Part shown: piece by piece, positions 57,497-64,000 of the stretch
Layout of the letters: each line of letters starts with the position of its first letter
How positions within the stretch are numbered: position 1 is the stretch's first letter
Assembly: GCA_037130265.1 (NCBI GenBank)
Contig: JBAXTI010000001.1
Span: forward strand, 394,377 to 458,376
Source: a bacterium
Lineage (GTDB): Bacteria; Patescibacteriota; Minisyncoccia; Phycocordibacterales; JBBTRF01
DNA length: 64,000 bases
Direction of reading: 5' to 3'
Made by a program: the position numbers and the translations under genes
Notes under the pieces: generated by a model
Database searches by the model: none
The model's input: the letters and a program-made list of their open reading frames with translations, nothing else
What the model was told of the DNA's origin: nothing

Positions 57497-57955
57497 ATGT
57501 TTGGATTTACACACTTTTTTAGCAAAGAAGGAGAGCCGACACTAGCAAAGAACGAGCAAGGCGATGTCGTGCCAATGACTCGCGAGGCGCTTTTGGTAGA
57601 CGCAAAAAGGGCCTCGGAGTATTTTGCCGAACCCTACACCGATGAAAAAAAGGGGCAATTTTTTGCTTCCGGCCCAAAATGGCTCGTAGAAATGGCTACT
57701 CAAGTGCCTTTTGGAAACCAATTTTTCATCAAAGATATCGTCCAGGCTATTATTTTCGTAGCTGAAACGTCACAGGCAACCAGGCCAGAAGAAATAAACG
57801 AAACCTCTGTGCAAAAACGACTATTTGCACTACTCAAAGACAAGGCTATTGGCACTATCAATGGAGATGACGACAAAATTTCTGCACGAATGGGTGTATC
57901 GACTTTTTTTGACGAGCCGGCAAGTGATGGCGCGGAACCTGGCCAGAAGTCCTAG
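57497..57955 (+). CDS. Hypothetical protein
   Basis: 152-aa ORF 11 nt after the previous stop. Confidence 0.55.
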   Translation: MFGFTHFFSKEGEPTLAKNEQGDVVPMTREALLVDAKRASEYFAEPYTDEKKGQFFASGPKWLVEMATQVPFGNQFFIKDIVQAIIFVAETSQATRPEEINETSVQKRLFALLKDKAIGTINGDDDKISARMGVSTFFDEPASDGAEPGQKS

Positions 57956-58581
57956 GTTGTTGACCTGATGAGACGACAGATTTTCATGAGCAGGATCAGT
58001 ACCAGCTGAATCACAATGTTCGCGACAATGAGGCTGAGAGCAGCCAGGCCAATGCTCAGTAAAAAAGCTGACTGCACGAAAAAGAGGAGAATGAGTAGCG
58101 GCCAGATATTTTTCATATCTTGTGGCGACGGGCCGAGCATCGCGCCGGCGTTGAGACACAGCAGAATCATCACCCAGCTCTGCCAATGTAACAGGTTGAG
58201 TTGTGCTAGTTGAGCGAAAACGTCTCCTGTTGCGACAAAATATCCGCCGAGCAGAAAGTGATTTATCGCATACAGAAACACGAGCCCGCCAGCGATTGGG
58301 GCAGCCGAAATAAGGAACGCTCCAAAGATTGGTAACTTTGACGGCCGATGGATGACATGCGGCTGATACGAAAACACCTTAAACTCCTCGATCTTCGCGC
58401 CAGTCGCTAGACACAACAACGCATGTGACGACTCGTGTACAAACGCGCCAATATAATACAGCGCATGTGTCAGGCGATAATTCAAAAATCGCCAATTCAA
58501 CCAATTACTTGCGTAACCAAACACGACGATCAGGACGATGACCAGGCCGAGGCTAAGTGACATATGCAATAAGGATAACAT
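57952..58581 (-). CDS. M50B-like membrane metalloprotease
   Basis: HESSH, ISAAP, PSPQD; multiple TMs. Confidence 0.75.
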   Translation of the reverse strand: MLSLLHMSLSLGLVIVLIVVFGYASNWLNWRFLNYRLTHALYYIGAFVHESSHALLCLATGAKIEEFKVFSYQPHVIHRPSKLPIFGAFLISAAPIAGGLVFLYAINHFLLGGYFVATGDVFAQLAQLNLLHWQSWVMILLCLNAGAMLGPSPQDMKNIWPLLILLFFVQSAFLLSIGLAALSLIVANIVIQLVLILLMKICRLIRSTT

Positions 58582-58647
58582 GGGCAAGAAAAAACCGCTG
58601 CCACTTGGCAGCGATTTTTATATCGATGTATCGACGTCGTATCGAGA

Positions 58648-58896
58648 TCAGTTCTTTGGACCAATACCTGCGGCAGGAAGGGTCGGAGACTTCACTCCTG
58701 AGCCTACCGCGCCTGGAGTTTTTGCGGGGTTTAAGTCTGTCATGTTGATTGCAGTTTCATTACTCACCATGGGCGTTGTGGATGCAGTCTTCATTGAAGT
58801 GCTAGTCTTCGGTTTTGAGTTCGTCGCCCAGATGAGCCCGAGAACAACGATAATAACGACGAAAATCCAGATGGCGTTTTTGTTTGTGTCTTGCAT
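58648..58896 (-). CDS. Small single-TM hypothetical protein
   Basis: NKNAIWIFVVIIVVLGLIW plus Thr/Pro-rich tail. Confidence 0.6.
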   Translation of the reverse strand: MQDTNKNAIWIFVVIIVVLGLIWATNSKPKTSTSMKTASTTPMVSNETAINMTDLNPAKTPGAVGSGVKSPTLPAAGIGPKN

Positions 58897-59000
58897 AATG
58901 CAGTTATTATACGCTTCAAAAAGGGTACCGTATAGTTCACATTACACGACTTTCATTCTGTAGTTTATGCGTCTACTTTGACTCTTCTTGCCAACCATCG

Positions 59001-59564
59001 CTAGTACTTCCTCACCACTCCGCGCACAATAGCGGCCACTTTTAAATCATATTCCGGATACATCGCCTTCATCGTCCGATTGGCCGGCTCGAGATAGGTC
59101 TTACCGCCGCGCTTACGAAAATATTTCATGGTCCAGCCACCGTCGATCTCGGCAATCACGATGTCGCCATCCTTCGGCTCACCGCGACGCTCAACAATCA
59201 CCAAGTCTCCCTCCTTGATCCCCTCTTCGATCATTGAGTCACCTTTCACCTCCAATACAAAAGTCTTGCCACGCTCACCCACCAAATAATCGTCGAGGCT
59301 CATCGTATCGGTAAGCGTGTCCGCATTTGTCGGAATGCCCGCCTCCACCAATCCAAGAAACGGCACTTCTCTGAAAAGGCTGTTGGGCACGAGACGGCCA
59401 GTGGAGTCCTTCTGCACAATTCCCTCCTCCACCAGACGATTTACTAGTTTGTACACCGCGTTCTTGGATTTGAAACCAACAAGCGTCATGATCTCGGCAT
59501 AGGCCGGCATGCGCTTGTGGCGTTCGTAGAAGGCGATGATTTTTTGTTTGTATTCTGGATACAT
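59001..59564 (-). CDS. lexA: SOS repressor LexA
   Basis: wHTH (MPAYAEI..GFKSKNAV), EAG cleavage site, VKGDSM, TMK. Confidence 0.93.
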   Translation of the reverse strand: MYPEYKQKIIAFYERHKRMPAYAEIMTLVGFKSKNAVYKLVNRLVEEGIVQKDSTGRLVPNSLFREVPFLGLVEAGIPTNADTLTDTMSLDDYLVGERGKTFVLEVKGDSMIEEGIKEGDLVIVERRGEPKDGDIVIAEIDGGWTMKYFRKRGGKTYLEPANRTMKAMYPEYDLKVAAIVRGVVRKY

Positions 59565-59628
59565 TGCAATGAAAGATGGCAGCGGGCGTGATGTGTATAG
59601 GATGCGCTACACGAAGCTACACTTGTAA

Positions 59629-59853
59629 TTATAATACAAAACTCGTGACGGTTCGCATCGACCGTGACAACCAGCCCCACTGCGATCCTGCAAGCTGCAC
59701 GCGCTCGAGTCGGGTGAGCTGAGCGAGAAGCTGTCGGTGACGAAGCGATTCTCGACGGTATGATCGGCCGTAGACAATCTTCTGATCGATGATGGCGTTG
59801 AGGAGACCGATTTCTGAGCGAATCATCTTTTGTGTTTGTTTGTTGATGGTCAT
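59629..59853 (-). CDS. Small basic hypothetical protein upstream of lexA
   Basis: EIGLLNAIIDQKIVYGRSYRRESLRHRQLL; first gene after the operator-bearing promoter. Confidence 0.6.
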   Translation of the reverse strand: MTINKQTQKMIRSEIGLLNAIIDQKIVYGRSYRRESLRHRQLLAQLTRLERVQLAGSQWGWLSRSMRTVTSFVL

Positions 59854-59901
59854 GGGGATGAGGGTTATGTGTTGGCTAATGGCTTTGTTTGGTATGAATA
59901 T

Positions 59902-59931
59902 AGTATAGGTGAACACCCGTTCACCTGTCAA
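59902..59931 (-). promoter_or_regulatory. lexA operon promoter with a putative SOS box in the spacer
   Basis: TTGACA-18 bp-TATACT; the spacer is the palindrome GGTGAAC-N4-GTTCACC. Confidence 0.85.
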
Positions 59932-60047
59932 ACCCTAATCTGTGGACAACTGCTTTTCTCCTTGAGAGAGCGGTGCTCTTATTGACACTTTGCGACCAGG
60001 AGAATACTCTTATCAACGGCACGCAACCCTCAACCGAAGGAAACCTC

Positions 60048-60305
60048 ATGACTCCAATACTGACGGAAAAAAACTGGGAGGTGGAATTGGCAACATTGCA
60101 ACGGCAGGGAAAAATCTCAACTTTCGCTCGAAGTAAACTGACCGAGCTACTCCACGCCGGTGGCAAAATGGGCATCACAATGCCAGAAACTGACTTCAAG
60201 AAACTAACAGACGAGGTCTTCACGATCAAGTTCCCCGCCATCCAGAAAAAGTTCATTCTTACCTACAAGGCCTGCCGAGCTTACCTCTCGAAGACCGAAT
60301 GGTAG
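60048..60305 (+). CDS. Small hypothetical protein
   Basis: 85-aa ORF; SD-like GAAGGA; upstream TTGACA at 59982. Confidence 0.5.
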   Translation: MTPILTEKNWEVELATLQRQGKISTFARSKLTELLHAGGKMGITMPETDFKKLTDEVFTIKFPAIQKKFILTYKACRAYLSKTEW

Positions 60306-60363
60306 CAGTCATGTCGACCCTCTTTCGCAAGCTCAAAAGGCACACGAAAGCTGGTCGATTTTT

Positions 60364-61542
60364 TTATTTCACAAAACTCTTGAGCGTTTTCTGCAACTCC
60401 TTCAACATTCGTTCATCACTAAACTGTGCAACTCGTGCCTTCCCTGCCATCGACAATTTTGCAACAAGATGTTCTTCATTAAATATTCTCTTGATCGCAC
60501 CAATGAATGCCGTCATATCGCCTTGAGGAACAAGCAGACCATTCTCACCATCCACAATCAACTCGACATTTCCGCCCACGGGGGTGGTGATCACTGGCAC
60601 ACCCATAGCAAGAGCCTCTAGCAATAAATGTGAAAATCCTTCGTATGCCGTATTGAGCACGAACACCTTTGCCGAGGCGAGGTACTGAAAGACAATCGCG
60701 TGTTCTGCCTTTCCCAAAAAAGTCACGGGTGCGCCGAGCTCCATCGCTCGCTTTTCAAGCACCCCACGATCCGGACCGTCGCCAAGAATATACAAATGAA
60801 CATCGGCATACTCTTTTTCTTTGGCGAGCATGCCAACCACCTCGATGAGAGTACTGAACCCTTTCCATGGAACGAGTCGTCCGACACTCACTATGGAATG
60901 TGCGCCGAGATTTAAATGTTTCGCTGGTACTTTCGCCACACGAGAAAGTTCGAAGCCGTTGTAGATCACTGTGATTTTTTCAGCTGGCACACCCCACGCA
61001 GTGACAATGCGTTTCAAATATTCGCTCGGGACAACGACGGTATCGGCAGCGAGCGCGACCCCTAGCTGAATTTGCTTTAGCACTCGAACAGCGAACGGAT
61101 ACTGCGTGCCGTCAGCCTGCACATCCGTCTTGCCATTTTTGAACGCAAAATCATCGAGCGGGTCGGTGATACCGTATCGCTGACTGCCCTGCTCCCATGC
61201 GTAATCGCCGACGATTTTAAGCAAGAAGGGTTTCCAAAGAATCTGTGCCACAAGCTTGGCAGGCAAGCCAACCGATACAGGATCCTGCGCATAGATCACG
61301 TCGGCACCCAATCCGGCTGTAAATAGCTTGGCAAAATAGAGCACGTGTCGAATACCCTTCGGCCAATGCAGGACCGAACCAAAATTCACCACAGTCACAA
61401 TATGTCCGAACTCGGGGAGACGGTTCACGAGCAACTTCGAATACGTCGCCGGACCACCAGATTGGGGCGGAAAAATGCCGGTCGCGACAACAACACGAAG
61501 TCCCTTGCTGGGAGCGCTTCGAATCACCTCTTTTGCTTCCAT
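60364..61542 (-). CDS. Glycosyltransferase family 4
   Basis: TGIFPPQSGGPATY, VGRLVPWKG, EGFSHLLLEAL..GVPVI. Confidence 0.93.
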   Translation of the reverse strand: MEAKEVIRSAPSKGLRVVVATGIFPPQSGGPATYSKLLVNRLPEFGHIVTVVNFGSVLHWPKGIRHVLYFAKLFTAGLGADVIYAQDPVSVGLPAKLVAQILWKPFLLKIVGDYAWEQGSQRYGITDPLDDFAFKNGKTDVQADGTQYPFAVRVLKQIQLGVALAADTVVVPSEYLKRIVTAWGVPAEKITVIYNGFELSRVAKVPAKHLNLGAHSIVSVGRLVPWKGFSTLIEVVGMLAKEKEYADVHLYILGDGPDRGVLEKRAMELGAPVTFLGKAEHAIVFQYLASAKVFVLNTAYEGFSHLLLEALAMGVPVITTPVGGNVELIVDGENGLLVPQGDMTAFIGAIKRIFNEEHLVAKLSMAGKARVAQFSDERMLKELQKTLKSFVK

Positions 61543-61624
61543 GTTCGGTAGTATAGCATTTTGTCCACACCATCGACTACATTTCCCTTGATAAACAAAC
61601 AATTTTGCCCTATCATTCTTTTCT

Positions 61625-61723
61625 GTGAGTAAAGTCATTTTCATCCTCCTCGCGCCGATCTATATTCCCATGGCGCTTTTGATGCACCACACTTTCGAAT
61701 GGTGGGGCGGTCTGTGGTCGTAA
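61625..61723 (+). CDS. Putative 32-aa leaderless membrane peptide
   Basis: TTGATA-17-TATCAT (61588-616); GTG 8 nt later; MSKVIFILLAPIYIPMALLMHHTFEWWGGLWS. Confidence 0.4.
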   Translation: MSKVIFILLAPIYIPMALLMHHTFEWWGGLWS

Positions 61724-61762
61724 TCCCCAGCGCGCGAGCGGCGAGCGCGCTATACTATCGAC

Positions 61763-62200
61763 ATGAATCCTCGACACATCCACCTTTCGTCAATTATTGG
61801 CCGCCTCGCCCTCTTCGTCGTCTATTTCTGGTTTGGCGCCCTCAAACTCTTTGACCTCAGCCCGGCCAATCCAATGGTGGCAGACCTGCTTCATGCCACG
61901 ATGCCGTTTTGGTCATTCAGCAATTTCATCATTTGGTTTGCCCTCTTCGAAATGCTTATCGGCCTACTCTTTTTGATACCACGCTGTGAGAAAGTTGCAT
62001 TTGGACTCTTCGTCTTCCACATGGCCACCACGGTGATGCCACTCTTCTTCATCCCAGCGATGACATGGCAGGGTTTTCTCATCCCAACACTCGAAGGTCA
62101 GTATATTATTAAAAATGTCGTACTTGTGGCACTCGCCCTTTTTGTCTACTCAGCCAACGAATACGGCCCGACGCACAAATTGAAGGGTCTTCGAGACTAA
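61763..62200 (+). CDS. DoxX-like membrane protein
   Basis: RLALFVVYFWFGALK..SPA, E..IG, TLEGQYIIKNVVL. Confidence 0.8.
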   Translation: MNPRHIHLSSIIGRLALFVVYFWFGALKLFDLSPANPMVADLLHATMPFWSFSNFIIWFALFEMLIGLLFLIPRCEKVAFGLFVFHMATTVMPLFFIPAMTWQGFLIPTLEGQYIIKNVVLVALALFVYSANEYGPTHKLKGLRD

Positions 62201-62901
62201 ATCTTCCGCGCATCTTTCACTGAATACTCGCCGATACTCGTACGACGCAACGCACTCATTGTCACCGGCGCACCAATACGTCGACCAAATTCCTCCCCGA
62301 GCGATCGAATATAGGTACCGCTCGACACACCGAGCTCCACACGCACTCGCTGACCGTCTGGAACGACCAGATTTTCTCTCACCTTTTTTTCCAGTCCCAG
62401 AAACCGTACCGACTCAACGGTCATTTCTTTCACCGGCGGCTTAATCTCCTCCGCGGTCTGCCCAGCACGAGCCAATTCGTACAACTTTTTTCCGCCGCGT
62501 TTGATCGCCGAATAGATCGGTACGGGCAATTGCAGCACGCCCTTCATACTCATCAGCACCTCCTCGACACGCGACGTCGTGAGATTTACACAAAACGCCA
62601 CCACTTGCTCTGCCGACCACTCCTCCAACACCTTGCCGTCGGTATCACCACTATCAGTGCGCAGGCCGATCAAAAACTCGGCTTCGTATACCTTCGACAG
62701 CCCAATCAACTCTCCGAGACGCTTTGTTCCGCCATCAATACCAATGATCATCAGCCCAGTCGCCAATGGATCGAGGGTGCCAGCATGCCCCATCTTTCTT
62801 CCAACAAACTCTGGTTCCCGCTGCAATCGACGGATCACGTCGAAAGAGGTGATGCCGGCGGGCTTGTCGATCAAAAGGATGTCATTTGGGGTTAGTGGCA
62901 T
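62197..62901 (-). CDS. truB: tRNA pseudouridine(55) synthase
   Basis: DKPAGITSFD, GHAGTLDPLATG, YSAIK, GTYIRSL, LRRT. Confidence 0.97.
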   Translation of the reverse strand: MPLTPNDILLIDKPAGITSFDVIRRLQREPEFVGRKMGHAGTLDPLATGLMIIGIDGGTKRLGELIGLSKVYEAEFLIGLRTDSGDTDGKVLEEWSAEQVVAFCVNLTTSRVEEVLMSMKGVLQLPVPIYSAIKRGGKKLYELARAGQTAEEIKPPVKEMTVESVRFLGLEKKVRENLVVPDGQRVRVELGVSSGTYIRSLGEEFGRRIGAPVTMSALRRTSIGEYSVKDARKI

Positions 62902-62972
62902 ATATTCTGCATTCTATGCAATAATAGAATGAAACTCAACAGCTCTTTGAGCTTGGAAAGGACCTTCGACTC

Positions 62973-63266
62973 ATGAACCCTCCGACCAACAGCCAGTATC
63001 GGGTGGTGGAAATAGAGCGAACGCACGAGCAAGGTCCGGGGGCACGAATTCTCTTTGGACTTGCCTCAGACTCAAGCGCGTTGCTCAGCCCCACGCCCAT
63101 CTTCTGCCTCTGTTTTCACAGGAGCAAGAAGTGGGAACTCATCATCGACAGCCACTACAACCCTGTCGCAATCCACGCAGTCGCCAGCAATGGCGCACAC
63201 ATGGGTCTCGGAGACTTGGTAAAATTAGCCAAGACCTACGCCTACACCACACATCCCAACGGATAA
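62973..63266 (+). CDS. Hypothetical protein
   Basis: 97-aa ORF with SD-like AAAGGA. Confidence 0.4.
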   Translation: MNPPTNSQYRVVEIERTHEQGPGARILFGLASDSSALLSPTPIFCLCFHRSKKWELIIDSHYNPVAIHAVASNGAHMGLGDLVKLAKTYAYTTHPNG

Positions 63267-63389
63267 TTGGGCTCGCTCGCTTCGTTAAATCACGGCTTCC
63301 ACAGCCCGGTTTGACAAAAGCGAGCTTTTTTGTTAAAAATAAGGCTCATCCGGCCCGCTAAAGGGCCTTTTGTAACCCACTCAATTTTC

Positions 63390-64000
63390 ATGGAAATTCG
63401 CAACATCGCCATCATCGCCCACGTGGACCACGGCAAGACCACCCTCACCGACGCTCTATTGAAACAAAATGGAGCAGCTGAAGAAGGTGCAAGTATGGAC
63501 TCCAACGCTCTTGAACAGGAGCGTGGTATTACTATTTACGCCAAGAACACTTCCCTCTACTACAAGGACACCAAGATCAACATCGTGGACACCCCAGGTC
63601 ACGCCGACTTCGGTTCTGAGGTGGAACGCGTACTTCGATCGATCGACACCGTGTTGCTCGTGGTAGACGCACAGGAAGGTCCGATGCCACAGACACGTTT
63701 CGTACTCAAGAAGTCTCTCGAATTGGGACTCAAGCCGATTGTCGTCCTCAACAAGATCGACAAGCCAGCTGCTCGACCCGCAGAAGCACATGAGGAGATC
63801 CTCGAACTCTTCATGGAGCTCGGTGCAAATGACGCACAGCTCGACTTCACCACTGTCTACGCGATCGGCCGCCAGGGCATTGCGAAAATGAACCTTGCCG
63901 ATGAGAGTGCAGACCTCACACCGCTTTTGGATACTATTTTGAAGCTCGTTCCTTCAGCCAACGGCACCGACCAAGCGACTCATGACGCACTCGAAGCAAA
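63390..64000 (+). CDS. typA: Translational GTPase TypA/BipA (runs off window end)
   Basis: [46 protein letters not shown]. Confidence 0.97.
   Translation, partial: MEIRNIAIIAHVDHGKTTLTDALLKQNGAAEEGASMDSNALEQERGITIYAKNTSLYYKDTKINIVDTPGHADFGSEVERVLRSIDTVLLVVDAQEGPMPQTRFVLKKSLELGLKPIVVLNKIDKPAARPAEAHEEILELFMELGANDAQLDFTTVYAIGRQGIAKMNLADESADLTPLLDTILKLVPSANGTDQATHDALEA

Overview
The window is a chromosomal segment from a reduced-genome bacterium, most consistent with Patescibacteria (CPR, Parcubacteria-type). That call rests on the gene content, type IV pilin cluster, two mreB copies, helicase-dead PriA and mostly leaderless genes; TGA serves as a stop, so the code is 11. Positions 1-46.2 kb and 59-64 kb are mainly housekeeping genes for translation, replication, the dcw/mre clusters, lexA, truB and typA, with interspersed solo ORFan cassettes. 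A tRNA-Asn(GUU) gene split by a 298-nt group I intron (46924-47296) anchors a roughly 10-kb accessory region. That region holds a decayed serine recombinase, five in-register att-like 'recombinase-tail' scars, and ORFans sharing one terminator family. The best candidate novel signals are: (1) three putative RNase genes, each faced at its 3' end by a promoter-sRNA-terminator unit, with a shared 5' AUYACSACGAAA motif in the two NYN-linked sRNAs (candidate RNA-antitoxin system); (2) the tRNA-anchored scar/cassette array; (3) a four-copy structured palindromic element family between convergent genes; (4) an orphan ~285-nt structured transcript between priA and def. All calls come from reading the sequence by eye; no database searches were run.
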